A stretch of 38,238 nt of DNA from Methanolinea tarda (GTDB lineage Archaea > Halobacteriota > Methanomicrobia > Methanomicrobiales > JACTUA01): positions 1-38,238 of the forward strand of contig JBAIXL010000110.1 in the NCBI GenBank assembly GCA_037916685.1, written 5' to 3'. The stretch's first letter is position 1; each line of letters opens with the position of its first letter. The notes below the pieces were generated by a model. That model did not search any database. It saw only the letters and a program-made list of their open reading frames with translations, and was not told where the DNA came from. This document shows positions 7,595 to 19,270 of the stretch, piece after piece. The translations under genes were made by a program, and so were the position numbers.

Positions 7595-9088
7595 TCACAT
7601 GAAATATCGATCCAGCCAGTGCGGCCACGGACCTCCGAACGATCGGACCAGGTCGCGGATTTCCTGATAGAGGGCACGATCCAGACCGAACAGGGTGATC
7701 GTGTAGATCCCCGCCCCCATGGCGACCAGAGCGAAGAGCCGTACCGCATCGGTCAGCGGAATCACCGCCTGGAGCAGCGCAACCGCAGACCCCATGATCA
7801 GGGTGGCGATGAGGATGCTTCTCAGGGATGTCCCCTCCATCCGCACCGACACATGCGGGCGGAGCAGGAAATAGGCAATCAGGGCATTCACGCTCATGGA
7901 GGCGGCCGTGGCGATCGCGGCACCGAGGATCCCATAGACCGGTATCAAACCGACATTAAGGAGGATATTCAGTATCGCAGCGATAGACGTGGACCGGAAT
8001 GAATCCTGGGGGCGGTTGATCGCACTCAGGGTCATAATCTCCAGGTACATGAAGACATTGATGATCTGCATCCCCAGAAGCACGGTGAGCGCTCCCGCTC
8101 CTTCGATGAAACCGCTCCCGTAGAGGTAGAACAGCAGGGGTTTCCCCAGAATCCATCCTCCCACACCGACCGGTATCGCAAGGATAAACGAATACGTGAA
8201 TGCCCGCGAGAGGCTCTGCTGGATCCGTACGGTCTCCCCGCGAATGCTCCAGCTGCTGATCTGGGGATACAGAACCGATTGAAGGGCGATGGTGGTGAAC
8301 GTCGCCACAGAGGTGAGCTGCAGGGCAGTACGATAGATCCCCACATCGCTGTTGGTCAGAAAATATCCAATGAGGATCACATCGGATATCGAAAATATCA
8401 GATTGCCCCCGGCGGTCAGGAAGATCCAGAACGAGAACGAGAGAAGGCTTTTGATATGCCGTGCTGAGAACGCGACCAGGGAGAGATTGATATACCTCAA
8501 AAAGACGATCCCACCCATGACCATCCCGGCTATGAACCCTCCCAGGAGTCCCCCCAGTCCGTATCCCAGAAAGACCGCACCGACCTGTATGATGACTCTC
8601 GCGAAAAAACTCAACAGCTCTCCGGCCTTGGCCACACCGATTCTTCCCTGTCCATATACTCCCGAATACATACTGCTGTAGAGCGACCCGGTGAGGATCG
8701 CAAGGATCAGGGGAAGGAAGAGCCCAGCACTGGAAATATCCACCAGATAGGGCTGCGCAAGGAAGAGGAACACCAGAGCCGCAGAGAGTAACAGTAGGCG
8801 CAGGACCAGATAGGCGGAAAAATATTCATTCTTCTCCAACCCTTCGCTGATCCGTTTAACGGCTGCACCCCCGAATCCTCCATCGGCGACCAGGTCAAAG
8901 ACCCCGTAATAGGCAAGAAACAGGAAATATCCCCCGAGAATGGCGGCTCCCTGGGTATGGGCGAAGTAAAACGTTGCCGCATACCCCACCAGCGTAACCG
9001 CGATCATGGTGACGAGCGAGATCATGCTCTGCTTCTCGATCACACGGGTGGAAAGGACGCTGGAGAGATATGCAGAGAGTCTTTTCAC
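7595..9088 (-). CDS. Wzx/MOP-superfamily oligosaccharide flippase (polysaccharide biosynthesis protein)
   Basis: 497 aa, hydrophobic throughout with about 12-14 predicted TM helices, and the general look of PF01943-type flippases. Confidence 0.7.
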   Translation of the reverse strand: MKRLSAYLSSVLSTRVIEKQSMISLVTMIAVTLVGYAATFYFAHTQGAAILGGYFLFLAYYGVFDLVADGGFGGAAVKRISEGLEKNEYFSAYLVLRLLLLSAALVFLFLAQPYLVDISSAGLFLPLILAILTGSLYSSMYSGVYGQGRIGVAKAGELLSFFARVIIQVGAVFLGYGLGGLLGGFIAGMVMGGIVFLRYINLSLVAFSARHIKSLLSFSFWIFLTAGGNLIFSISDVILIGYFLTNSDVGIYRTALQLTSVATFTTIALQSVLYPQISSWSIRGETVRIQQSLSRAFTYSFILAIPVGVGGWILGKPLLFYLYGSGFIEGAGALTVLLGMQIINVFMYLEIMTLSAINRPQDSFRSTSIAAILNILLNVGLIPVYGILGAAIATAASMSVNALIAYFLLRPHVSVRMEGTSLRSILIATLIMGSAVALLQAVIPLTDAVRLFALVAMGAGIYTITLFGLDRALYQEIRDLVRSFGGPWPHWLDRYFM

Positions 9089-9230
9089 CCTGAGTGATTG
9101 CGGGGGATGAGACTAAATCGTTTCCAAACAGGTTGTTTCGGGATACGGAGCCGTTCGTTCGTCGAAGATTTTATGCCCGTTTGCCAGGGGCCAGGGGGAG
9201 AGATGTTCCACCACGTTTCTTACCTTCGGG

Positions 9231-9250
9231 TCAAAAAAGAGAGAAAACCG
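9231..9250 (-). terminator. Oligo-T terminator after top6A
   Basis: The minus strand reads GGTTTTCTCTCTTTTTTGA about 50 nt downstream of the top6A stop at 9296. Confidence 0.45.
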
Positions 9251-9295
9251 GTGAACCCGACCCACCCTCCATCCATGGTGCGGGTGTGAATCGAC

Positions 9296-10390
9296 TCACC
9301 CTTTCACAATCCCCATTTCCGCCAGCCGCCGGGGGAGATATTCACGGGTGACAAAATCCAGGCCCCTCGCGGCAAACGCCTGCTGTTCTGATTTCAGGCC
9401 GAGATCGATCTGCAGCCGAATCTGTTGCTTCCAGTAATCGCTGTTGAACCGCGGATCGGTCAGCTCGGCCTTGAGGGCATCGATGTCCTGCTGGGTAAGT
9501 TTATCAGAGGGTAGATTGTAGTCCCGGATATCCGAGGGCTGGACCCCCACGAACTGGGCCTGGGGGGTGGCGAGACGTTCTGACATGTGAGCGCTCTTGA
9601 TCGCTCCGTAGGCCACGCTGGCGTATATTCGGTAGGACCAGGGATCCCCATCCGTGAACACCACCACGGGAATCTGGAATTTATCATTGATCATGTGGAG
9701 GAGTCGGCGGGTGGATCGTGCCGGTTGACCCTTCAGATGCACAAGAATCGCCTGTTCCTCGCGGTCGAAACCATTCTCGATAAGCCGGGCGTACATCCCG
9801 CCCGTCTCGATTGCGACGACGAATTTTGCGTCATGGTCTAAGAATTCCACGGATTCCATGTTATTCGGGATCTGATATCCCGCCTCTCCCACATCGTCCT
9901 GACAGTGAAGGACCCGGTCTCCCCTTCGTGTGCTCTCTCGCAACCGAATGGGTCCGAAGATACTGGCACCATCTTCTTCCGGTCGCAGATGGAATGCCTC
10001 TCGCTGGAGATCTGAGAGGATCTCGAGATCTTCTATCAGATAGTTGCTCTCGTCCTGGGTATCGAATTTGGCGCGTTTCCAGCCTTCGGTAATATAATAC
10101 AGCTCTCTCAGGGTGGAGGAGCGATCTTCGAGAATCTGTTGCTTGATAAACGCGATGACATAGGCCATCTTCAGAAGATGGATGGCACTCTTCTCCGTAT
10201 TCGCGGCGCGGAGACTCTCCCTATCCCCGTATTTCCATACCTCGCTTTCTTCGTCAAAAGCGATGTTATGTTTGGTGCGCGTGGGAAGGCGTATGGAGGG
10301 TACGTCCCCCTCCCACATCTGGTCGTACCATCCCTGAGCGATACGCACCAGCTGAGGGAGGGCTTTTGCATCCAGTTCTTTTTTAGACAT
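9296..10390 (-). CDS. top6A: DNA topoisomerase VI subunit A (Spo11-like)
   Basis: 364 aa. [13 protein letters not shown] carries the catalytic Tyr region, and there is a Toprim-like [10 protein letters not shown] block. Confidence 0.92.
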   Translation of the reverse strand: MSKKELDAKALPQLVRIAQGWYDQMWEGDVPSIRLPTRTKHNIAFDEESEVWKYGDRESLRAANTEKSAIHLLKMAYVIAFIKQQILEDRSSTLRELYYITEGWKRAKFDTQDESNYLIEDLEILSDLQREAFHLRPEEDGASIFGPIRLRESTRRGDRVLHCQDDVGEAGYQIPNNMESVEFLDHDAKFVVAIETGGMYARLIENGFDREEQAILVHLKGQPARSTRRLLHMINDKFQIPVVVFTDGDPWSYRIYASVAYGAIKSAHMSERLATPQAQFVGVQPSDIRDYNLPSDKLTQQDIDALKAELTDPRFNSDYWKQQIRLQIDLGLKSEQQAFAARGLDFVTREYLPRRLAEMGIVKG

Positions 10391-12188
10391 CGAGATCCAT
10401 CACCACTTTCTGTTTCTCCTCCACTCCACCCAGATCGATGTGACCGGGGCCCCGGCCCTGGTACTCTGCGCTCCAGGAGGCTCCCGGCGCCAGGTCGCAG
10501 TTCCACACACGGGTGAAATCCTCTCCATCCTTCTGGGAGAAGGCAGGTTTCGGCTTGGCATCCTCCGCCAAATCCGGGGAAAAATCGTACACCTTCAGGG
10601 AGAGATGCTGGAGGGTATAGTTATTTACTTCGATCCGTATGGTGCCGTCCACGATTTTGCGTTTCGCCACCACCTTTTTCATGATTCGTCCTTCTATGGC
10701 CTGAGTGTCCGGGGGTGGTTTTTCCACGATCTCGCCCACCTTGGCGGCGATCTCCGGAATGACGGCACATATGGCTCGTGCCCGGTCGTCTGCCACCCGT
10801 TTCCGGTCCCGTCGTGAGAGGAAGAGTTTCAGTTCCCGGCCCAGATCCTTCAGTGCAAGGCTGATCTCTCTCTCAATCTCCGGTATGGAAGCGATGGCGT
10901 CTTTCGCTTCGCTGGTGAACGGGACGTTCGTGGATGCCACATGGACGAGGAGAATGACGGGGCCCTGGGGAAGGGTCTGCTGGGAGATATTGTACTGCTT
11001 CCAGTTCACTCCCGCTACGGTGTTGGTGATCGCGCAGGCTCCCGGCTGGTACAGGAGAGGAACGCGGTTTGCAAAGCGGAGGATGAGTGCCTTGTCATCT
11101 GAGCCGAGTTTTCCTCCGTATCCGATGGCTGCTTCCACGATGAAGGGATGGCCGCTGTACACGGAACTCGGGCGGGTGCGGGCGGCTACAAAATCCAGGG
11201 AGAATTCTTTATCCATACTGCGGCGGATAAGGTCTTCCCCGATCGGTGAGAGGCAGGTGGTGGCAGGAGGGGCTGGAATCTGCACACTCTGCATGGCGGA
11301 AAGGAGACGTTTCTGGTCTCCGGGCTGCAGGGTGGACACCTTCTGTCCCCCATTCAGCCGGGCCGACTCACAGATATCCCGAGCTGCCTGTTTGCCCACC
11401 CGGCTGAAGTTATCGATCAGGAACAGTTCCAGGCTCATCGTTCCGTTCGCGGTGAGCATACGTTTCAGGGTTCCCAGTTCAATACCATGCGGATGGGGCT
11501 GGATGGCTTTGGGGCAGGGTACCGGTTCGGCACTCACCCGTTCAAAAACCGAGAGCTCACCATCGATATCGGCGGTCAATCGCGCATGGGGATTCACGAT
11601 GGAGGTATATTTCAGGTATTCCAGGAGACGCTTCTTCGCCGCAAGTGTGCTCTTGAACTCGATCTCCACCCGGGTCCCGTGCGGACGATCCCAGTCGGTT
11701 TCAATGTGGGACCGCACATCCGGTTCATTGGTTTCGGTCTTGATCATCAGCTCTAGTCGATGCGCTTTTCTGCGGGCATCGGTCCGGGAGACGATGATGG
11801 CCGGCATTCCCGTGGTCAGCTGGGCATAGAGAATCGCCGCACTGATGCCGATACCCTGCTGCCCGCGGCTCTGACGGATCTGGTGAAATCGTGATCCATA
11901 GAGCAGCTTTCCAAAGACGGGGGGGATCTGCTCGGGTACGATACCCGGTCCGTTGTCTTCTACCCCGATACGGAACACATCCTCGGAGATTTTACGGACC
12001 TGCACGAAGATATCGGGAAGCACCCCGGCCTCCTCACAGGCATCCAGTGCGTTGTCCACCGCTTCCTTTACCGTGGTGATGATTCCCCGTGTGGGAGAGT
12101 CGAAACCCAGGAGATGCTTATTCTTCTCGAAGAACTCTGCGACACTGATACTCCGCTGTTTCCGGGCCAGTTCTTCAGCAATCTCCAA
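10383..12188 (-). CDS. top6B: DNA topoisomerase VI subunit B (GHKL ATPase)
   Basis: 601 aa with Bergerat-fold motifs [11 protein letters not shown] and EDNGPGI. It overlaps top6A by 8 nt. Confidence 0.92.
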   Translation of the reverse strand: MEIAEELARKQRSISVAEFFEKNKHLLGFDSPTRGIITTVKEAVDNALDACEEAGVLPDIFVQVRKISEDVFRIGVEDNGPGIVPEQIPPVFGKLLYGSRFHQIRQSRGQQGIGISAAILYAQLTTGMPAIIVSRTDARRKAHRLELMIKTETNEPDVRSHIETDWDRPHGTRVEIEFKSTLAAKKRLLEYLKYTSIVNPHARLTADIDGELSVFERVSAEPVPCPKAIQPHPHGIELGTLKRMLTANGTMSLELFLIDNFSRVGKQAARDICESARLNGGQKVSTLQPGDQKRLLSAMQSVQIPAPPATTCLSPIGEDLIRRSMDKEFSLDFVAARTRPSSVYSGHPFIVEAAIGYGGKLGSDDKALILRFANRVPLLYQPGACAITNTVAGVNWKQYNISQQTLPQGPVILLVHVASTNVPFTSEAKDAIASIPEIEREISLALKDLGRELKLFLSRRDRKRVADDRARAICAVIPEIAAKVGEIVEKPPPDTQAIEGRIMKKVVAKRKIVDGTIRIEVNNYTLQHLSLKVYDFSPDLAEDAKPKPAFSQKDGEDFTRVWNCDLAPGASWSAEYQGRGPGHIDLGGVEEKQKVVMDLDV

Positions 12189-13407
12189 CTCTTTTCACCT
12201 CGGCAATCGCCTCCGAGACCGAGAGTTCGCGTTGCTCCCCGGTGTGAAGGTCCTTTAAGGATACCCGTCCCTTCTCCTGTTCCCGTTTTCCCAGGATGAG
12301 GGCAAAATCTTCTTCCTTGGCCAGATGGGCCAGCTGTGCCCCGAGCCCACGTTCCATCAGATCGACCGTAACCGGAATTCCAGAAGCCCGGAACTGTGCG
12401 GCGACCTGCATCGCGTATCCCCGGCTCTCTTCCGTACTGGCGACCCCGACCGTGATCCTCCGGGGCACCGACACCTCTCCCAGAGAGACCATCACCCGGT
12501 CAAACCCGATGGCAAATCCGCAGGAAGGGGTCTCCTCTCCCCCGAACAGGTGGGCGAGACGGTAGGTGCCGCCTCCCAGGATCTGATTTTCCGCACCCAG
12601 ATTGTCGGCAAACCCTTCGAAGACCATCCCGGTATAATAATCGAGCCCCCGGGCGATCCCGAAGTTGCAGGAATAGGGAACCGCCGCCTGGTCAAGCAGC
12701 TCAAAGACCTGCTCGATGTGCCTTCGTTGCGGAAGATCTCCGATCAGGGAGACGAGGTCTCCCGCATTCTGGCAATGAATTAACTCCAATAGAGGATCAA
12801 GCAGGGACTCCTGATGTATGGAAACAAGATAGGGGGCCAGGGCGTCGTAGTCCTTCTTGTCCAGATATCCCATGACAATCCCCTGGCTGGCCGGTTCCAG
12901 TCCGGAAAGCAGATGTTTCATGGGTGCCAGATGTCCGACCTTCATGTCGAACGAGACTCCGCATCCCCGAAGGATGGCATCCGCGAGGGCGACCGTCTCC
13001 ACCTCCGCATGCGGGGATCCCGCTCCGATCAGCTCTACTCCGAACTGCCAGAACTCACGATATCGGCCTTTCTGAGGTCGTTCATAGCGGAAGCAGTCCC
13101 CAAAATAATACCAGCGTACGGGACGTGGGATGCTGCGTCCTTCGTTCACAAACAAGCGCAGAGCCGGGGCAGTCAGTTCCGGGCGAAGGGCCTGTTTCCT
13201 GCCTCCTTTATCTTCGAAGGTATACATCTCCTGGATGATCCCCTCGCCGGAACGGAGGGTGAAGAGTTCCAGATCTTCAAACACCGGAGTGCAGATCTCC
13301 CGGTATCCCCAGCCCCGGCCGATCTCCCGCATTCGGCTCTCGATGTATCGACGGCGTTCCATCTCCTCGGGTAGAAAATCCCGGGTACCTCGGGGTTTCT
13401 GCAGCAT
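12175..13407 (-). CDS. hisS: Histidine--tRNA ligase
   Basis: Starts [16 protein letters not shown] at the ATG at 13407; the track start at 13491 adds 28 atypical residues. Class II motifs [14 protein letters not shown] and GGGTYRL are present. Its 3' end overlaps the top6B start by 14 nt. Confidence 0.9.
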   Translation of the reverse strand: MLQKPRGTRDFLPEEMERRRYIESRMREIGRGWGYREICTPVFEDLELFTLRSGEGIIQEMYTFEDKGGRKQALRPELTAPALRLFVNEGRSIPRPVRWYYFGDCFRYERPQKGRYREFWQFGVELIGAGSPHAEVETVALADAILRGCGVSFDMKVGHLAPMKHLLSGLEPASQGIVMGYLDKKDYDALAPYLVSIHQESLLDPLLELIHCQNAGDLVSLIGDLPQRRHIEQVFELLDQAAVPYSCNFGIARGLDYYTGMVFEGFADNLGAENQILGGGTYRLAHLFGGEETPSCGFAIGFDRVMVSLGEVSVPRRITVGVASTEESRGYAMQVAAQFRASGIPVTVDLMERGLGAQLAHLAKEEDFALILGKREQEKGRVSLKDLHTGEQRELSVSEAIAEVKRVGDC

Positions 13408-13420
13408 TGACACTCCGGAT

Positions 13421-13753
13421 CTAGTTTCTTCCTGAATCCTTATCTTTATTACATCGGCAGGAGCCGACAAGTCGTTCCCAGGTGGTCTCATCCGTGAAGA
13501 TCTTCTCCCGCGGCACTCTTCCCTGTAGATAGAGCCCCGCGAGGATCACCCCGAGGCCCAGGATCTCCCAGTCGTTCCCCCCATAATACGCGATAGAGAT
13601 GCCCAGGGTTCCGATGGCGCTGAAGATCACTCCCTGATACGCCGCTCTGCGGTAACCGGGGAGCCGCATGGAAAGAAATATCCGGACATCACGAAACCAG
13701 AGAAAGAAGATGGCCGCGAGTCCAAAACCCGCGATATAGATGAGATACGTCAT
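13421..13753 (-). CDS. Small membrane protein (about 3 TM), unknown function
   Basis: 110 aa with hydrophobic segments YIAGFGLAAIFFLWF, VIFSAIGTLGISIAYY and ILGLGVILAGLYL. Confidence 0.55.
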   Translation of the reverse strand: MTYLIYIAGFGLAAIFFLWFRDVRIFLSMRLPGYRRAAYQGVIFSAIGTLGISIAYYGGNDWEILGLGVILAGLYLQGRVPREKIFTDETTWERLVGSCRCNKDKDSGRN

Positions 13754-13768
13754 GAGATACGATCATAG

Positions 13769-13776
13769 TTTATATC
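13769..13776 (+). promoter_or_regulatory. TATA box for the larB operon
   Basis: TTTATATC ends 27 nt upstream of the larB ATG at 13803. Confidence 0.5.
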
Positions 13777-13802
13777 CGCTCATTTCATACTTTAACTAGT
13801 TC

Positions 13803-15081
<1,279 letters not shown>

Positions 15082-15091
15082 AGGGGAGATC

Positions 15092-15517
15092 ATGACAGAA
15101 GCAGAGCCGATTATTCCAAGACAACCTTCGAATCCCGTATTAGAATCTAACGGAAGAAACTGGATCCTCGTACCACTCATTGCCTTTGCCGGGGTGCTGA
15201 TCGGGTGGGCAGTACCATCCCTCGTCGTTCTGGCAGGGACCGGTGGGTGCGTACTGGCTTCTGTTTTCCTTGCGTTCATCGCGTACCAAAAACCAAAAAA
15301 GGATATCGTTTCGCTGCTCACCCCCCTCTACGCCGTCCTGATCTTCTTCAACGATTCATTTACCCCGGCACTCCTGACCCCGATTCAGGGCCTGTATGCC
15401 GCGAGCCTCACCATCCTGGTGCTGCGGCTGAACGCACGATTTTCGCAAAAAGATGAAGCGAGGAAACAGTTTACTGAAGAAGAGGAGGAACCTATCGATG
15501 AACCCGTATCTGAGTGA
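15092..15517 (+). CDS. Membrane protein with acidic C-terminal tail, unknown function
   Basis: 141 aa from the ATG at 15092, which is preceded by GGGGAG. Hydrophobic segments include WILVPLIAFAGVLIGWAVPSLVVLAG. The tail is EEEEEPIDEPVSE. Confidence 0.6.
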   Translation: MTEAEPIIPRQPSNPVLESNGRNWILVPLIAFAGVLIGWAVPSLVVLAGTGGCVLASVFLAFIAYQKPKKDIVSLLTPLYAVLIFFNDSFTPALLTPIQGLYAASLTILVLRLNARFSQKDEARKQFTEEEEEPIDEPVSE

Positions 15518-15968
15518 GTACATCGACCACCTCCGAAAGAATTTCTCCTCTCTTCCGGTAGAGGTCGCACACCAGATCGCGTTTGCCTTTCTTACCTTTA
15601 AACTGGGACTGTACGATGACTCGATCCGCCGGTGTGACCGATCTCTTGAACTTCTGGCGTCCCATATCGTTCCTGAAGTTCTCCCTAAGGCTTTGCAGAT
15701 CGTACGGCAACGGGCGCTCGACTTGTCCGAATCGAAAGTGCAGACCAGTGGACTTCCGGAATTCACCCCGGAAGAACGCATGTATCTTGCCATTCCCCTC
15801 GCTCCGGAAGAAGTCGAAGATCCGGTACACCTGACGATCGCCAACAGTCTCGTGCTGATCTATGCGGTGGGTCTCATCGCCTCGCCGGAAGACATGCAGG
15901 CACTGGAGGAGCAGGAACGGTATGTGACTCAATTTCTGCTTGCCTACAAAGAACAGTTACCGCTATAA
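15498..15968 (+). CDS. Hypothetical helical protein, unknown function
   Basis: 156 aa from the ATG at 15498, preceded by GAGGAGG at 15482-15488. It overlaps the upstream gene by 20 nt. Confidence 0.6.
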   Translation: MNPYLSEYIDHLRKNFSSLPVEVAHQIAFAFLTFKLGLYDDSIRRCDRSLELLASHIVPEVLPKALQIVRQRALDLSESKVQTSGLPEFTPEERMYLAIPLAPEEVEDPVHLTIANSLVLIYAVGLIASPEDMQALEEQERYVTQFLLAYKEQLPL

Positions 15969-16234
15969 TATTTGGGTCTGGGTTCCAGCTCGAGAATATC
16001 CCGCGTGTGGATAGTCCTAAAATAATCATAATGCCGCCCAATAAAAGGAATAAATCCATTCAGGATGATGCTACAGCAAGAATCCCACTCTCATCACTTC
16101 ACTTTTTCAAATTATACATAGCACAATGGGTTTTCCTGGTATGGCACCCGTACATCTGGAAAAATCTCGTATCAGTAATGAGACCTACGTTCTTCAGTTT
16201 GCTGGCAGTGACGAATCAGGATTTGTGAACGGCT

Positions 16235-16555
16235 CTAGAGCGAATCCAGACTGATCCGTTCGAACTGCTCCGCCATCTGGGCAACTTCTTTGACTCCGAA
16301 AGCGGTTTGAACCGAGGCAAGCTCCAGGCCGGAGGCCACATCGCACATATAATCGAGGATATCGACGGACAGTTCTCTTCGTTCCCGGCTTTTTTTCAAC
16401 TGATCGATGAGTGTGGTCATTCGTTCGGGTGACTCCATGCGCAGTTTGGCGAGACTTACCACACACATGTGGATACGGGTGAGGTTTCTATCCGGGCCCG
16501 TAATGGTGTCAAAAAAATTCTTCAGGATCTGGGCCTGGTAGATCTCTCCACCCAT
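16235..16555 (-). CDS. Hypothetical 106-aa protein
   Basis: The ORF has its own consensus TATA box about 30 nt upstream. No family recognised. Confidence 0.6.
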   Translation of the reverse strand: MGGEIYQAQILKNFFDTITGPDRNLTRIHMCVVSLAKLRMESPERMTTLIDQLKKSRERRELSVDILDYMCDVASGLELASVQTAFGVKEVAQMAEQFERISLDSL

Positions 16556-16582
16556 GGTACAGGATCATCAAATAATTATACT

Positions 16583-16590
16583 ATATAAAT
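16583..16590 (-). promoter_or_regulatory. Consensus archaeal TATA box (TTTATATA on the minus strand)
   Basis: Plus-strand TATATAAA at 16583-16590, within an AT-rich tract. It is about 28 nt upstream of the ATG at 16555, implying a leaderless or very short-leader mRNA. Confidence 0.6.
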
Positions 16591-16672
16591 GTAGTGATTC
16601 TTGCCGGTTTTAATGGCGGTGTATCAGGATATTTGAGAGCAAAAATAACGGTATCTGACAAATCGAATGGAT

Positions 16673-17797
16673 TTATTGAGTGACCGGGTCCGGTAGGTGC
16701 ATCTCCGGATCCAGCAGGGCAGAAGAGTCGATGCCGATGCAGGCTACTGCCGCGAGGGCCCCAATCACTCCTCTCCCTCCCGTTACGAATATCCGTTCTT
16801 CGTCCGCCGTCTGCAAGGCTTCATCCATGGTGATACGGGAGGAACGTGCCTGAATACCAAACTGTCTTAAGCGATTACTGACCAGAAATCCAGACTTCAC
16901 CGCCATCCCCCATTCAGGAGAGAACGATTCATCCGCGATGAACAAGTGGCTGCGGGTGCGGATACGATCCACCTGGGACGGGTCGACGGCGATCTCGATG
17001 AAGGTGGCGGCGTTTCCAGCGGTTTTTTCCCGGAGAACCGGGCAGAGCATCACCACCTGATGCCCGATGGGATAGACTCCTTTGAAGGTACTCAAATGTT
17101 GAAAGAGCGCAAGGGAGAGGGCAAACGTGGCCCCGGCATCCCGGGAATCTGTATCGTCAATCCCGATCGCCAGATACGTAAGTGCCCGCGTGGTCACCTC
17201 GCCTGCCACCAGGGACCCCATTCGTTCCGGTGTGACGGAACAGACACCGTCGGCCCGGCTCATCATGTCAGTGAGCGAGTAGGCCGGTCCCCCCACACTC
17301 CGGATGCGATGGGTGAGAGTTCCATCTGGATTCTTCCAAACCCCGACTACGCCGACGGCGGAACGGGGGTGTAGCCCGATATCGGCGTCCGCCTGTCCCG
17401 TGTAGGCACGTTCACGGAGGAGGGTTCCGTCCCGGGATACCTGGACGAGGACGCCACCGGAACGACGATGATGATACTCGCAGAACGCGGCACAGCTGCG
17501 GCTCAGGCATTCATGATAAATTTCCACCTGATCGTGATCCATCGTGGTGAAGATCCTCCGGCAGGCGCTTTCCGGCAGAGCGCTGATCGCCGCATACCGG
17601 GCGGGATGACGCCCCCTTTTTTCTGCCACCAGGGCAATGCACTGTTCGGAAAGAAGGCGGTTGATCCAGTCCTGAACCGTGCTTCTTGGCAGATGGATTT
17701 GTTCCGCAATCTCCGTAACGGTAAAAGAACCGGAATCCAGGGTGCACTGCCTCATCAGCCGAAGATATTCACGTCTTTTTGCGAGAACACCGGTCAT
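16673..17797 (-). CDS. Winged-helix DNA-binding protein with a C-terminal TiaS kinase-like (DUF1743/TCKD-like) domain
   Basis: HTH: FTVTEIAEQIHLPRSTVQDWINRL. Cys/His cluster: HECLSRSCAAFCEYHH. C-terminal motifs LAIGIDDTDS, EKTAGNAATFIEI and GGRGVIGALAAV match remembered TiaS N-terminal motifs. The start is ambiguous: 17797 overlaps hom by 29 nt, 17755 leaves a 13-nt gap, and the track start at 17860 is unlikely. Confidence 0.7.
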   Translation of the reverse strand: MTGVLAKRREYLRLMRQCTLDSGSFTVTEIAEQIHLPRSTVQDWINRLLSEQCIALVAEKRGRHPARYAAISALPESACRRIFTTMDHDQVEIYHECLSRSCAAFCEYHHRRSGGVLVQVSRDGTLLRERAYTGQADADIGLHPRSAVGVVGVWKNPDGTLTHRIRSVGGPAYSLTDMMSRADGVCSVTPERMGSLVAGEVTTRALTYLAIGIDDTDSRDAGATFALSLALFQHLSTFKGVYPIGHQVVMLCPVLREKTAGNAATFIEIAVDPSQVDRIRTRSHLFIADESFSPEWGMAVKSGFLVSNRLRQFGIQARSSRITMDEALQTADEERIFVTGGRGVIGALAAVACIGIDSSALLDPEMHLPDPVTQ

Positions 17798-18767
17798 AAT
17801 TTTCCTGGATGAACAGCAGGTCCCCGATGATCGCGCTGGCGGTCTCCACCGATCCGGCACCTTTTCCGATGAAGGTGAGGGATCCGGCCATATCGGCCTC
17901 CAGGGTTACCGCATTCAGAGTTCCCCGGACCACCAGGGGATGCCCATGGGGAAGAATGCGGGGAGAGACCCGAAGCAGATGGCGCTCCGGAATGGCTTCC
18001 GCGATAAGCCGTATGGTCGCGTCATCCGCCTCGGCCAGCCGGAGGGCATCAGGAGTGAGCTGGTCGATCCCCGTGATCTCGACATCAGAGAACCGGGCAT
18101 TCCAGTCCCAGATAGTGTTGGCGAAGATGACCAGTTTGATCGCGGCGTCGATGCCTTTAACATCGTAGGTAGGATCTGCCTCTGCATACCCCATCTCCCG
18201 AGCTTCGGCAAGGGCCTGATCGTACGTGAGTCCCTCCTCGGACATACGGGTGAGAATATAATTGCAGGTTCCGTTCATGATACCATGGAGGGCACGGATC
18301 TCGTTTCCCATCAGATCGTGCTCAAGGACATGAATGAGGGGAATGGCACCGCACACGGTTGCCTCGTATCGGAGGGCAACTCCGCGGGCGGCGGCGATTG
18401 AGCGGAGTTCCCGGTGGTGAAGTGCGATGGGACCTTTGTTGGAGGTGACCACATGCTTTCCTCGTTCCAGTGCGGTACGGATATGTGTGGTGGCCGGTTC
18501 ACCCGAAACGATGTTGGTGGGAGTCACTTCCACCAGGACATCATAGTCTGCACCGGTAAGAATGGTCCGGGCAGTAATCTCCGAATCTCCTACCGAGAGC
18601 CCCTCTTTCTTCCTGGAGAGAACATCATCCGGATTTATTCCTCGCTTGTTCATCAGGCCACTTCGAGAGTCTGCGATGGCGGTGATGGACAACCCGAGAT
18701 TTTTCTCCTGTATCATCCGGGCGACCCCCTGGCCCACGGATCCAAAACCCAGAAGCGCGACCTTCAT
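17769..18767 (-). CDS. hom: Homoserine dehydrogenase
   Basis: 332 aa with NAD-binding MKVALLGFGSVGQGV and a catalytic-domain block GIMNGTCNYILTRM. Confidence 0.88.
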   Translation of the reverse strand: MKVALLGFGSVGQGVARMIQEKNLGLSITAIADSRSGLMNKRGINPDDVLSRKKEGLSVGDSEITARTILTGADYDVLVEVTPTNIVSGEPATTHIRTALERGKHVVTSNKGPIALHHRELRSIAAARGVALRYEATVCGAIPLIHVLEHDLMGNEIRALHGIMNGTCNYILTRMSEEGLTYDQALAEAREMGYAEADPTYDVKGIDAAIKLVIFANTIWDWNARFSDVEITGIDQLTPDALRLAEADDATIRLIAEAIPERHLLRVSPRILPHGHPLVVRGTLNAVTLEADMAGSLTFIGKGAGSVETASAIIGDLLFIQENYDRCSRKKT

Positions 18768-19270
18768 AGGCTCTCCTCCAGGGATTCGATGATCAGAAGC
18801 TCTTTTTTACGGGCTACTTCCCGAAGGATCTCCATCGCCTGGTTCATGGCCGAGGCATGGGTTGCCTTGATCATGATACGGGCCGAGGAGGGTTCTGCGA
18901 TGGCCGGCATGATCAGCTCCAGCTCAGACACCTCTGCGAATCCGGTTTTATCGATATGATCGACCGTGTCCGTCAGATCCGTATGCATGATGTGGCCGAT
19001 CATGATGAGAGATTTTTTATGAACCAGCCGCTCGGTTCCGATGCGAGTGACGGTGACTCCCTGATCCTTCATCCGGTCAATAAGATTCTGCATCCGTCCT
19101 TCGGGAACCTCGACCACTACCTGCACATCAATGGTACCGGAGCGGGAGGAGGAATCCCGCTGATGTATGACCGCTATGATGTTACCGCCGGTTTCGGAGA
19201 CCGGAATCAGTGCCCGGACCAACTGGCCTGGAGTATCCTTCATCTCCAGTTTCATGGAGACCTGTACCAT
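18764..19270 (-). CDS. ACT domain-containing (amino-acid-binding) protein
   Basis: 168 aa with two ACT-like repeats (LEMKDTPGQLVRALIPVSETGGNIIAVIH). There is an ATGA overlap with the hom start, an arrangement common in archaea. Confidence 0.7.
   Translation of the reverse strand: MVQVSMKLEMKDTPGQLVRALIPVSETGGNIIAVIHQRDSSSRSGTIDVQVVVEVPEGRMQNLIDRMKDQGVTVTRIGTERLVHKKSLIMIGHIMHTDLTDTVDHIDKTGFAEVSELELIMPAIAEPSSARIMIKATHASAMNQAMEILREVARKKELLIIESLEESL

Noticed and set aside
10705-11829. 374-aa ORF antisense to top6B
   Set aside because: It is a Ser/Arg-rich shadow frame of a highly conserved gene and has no motifs.
16007-16228. 73-aa GTG-initiated ORF in the AT-rich spacer
   Set aside because: It has atypical A/T-ending codons, no SD or TATA at the proper distance, and no recognisable domain. 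I treat it as non-coding.
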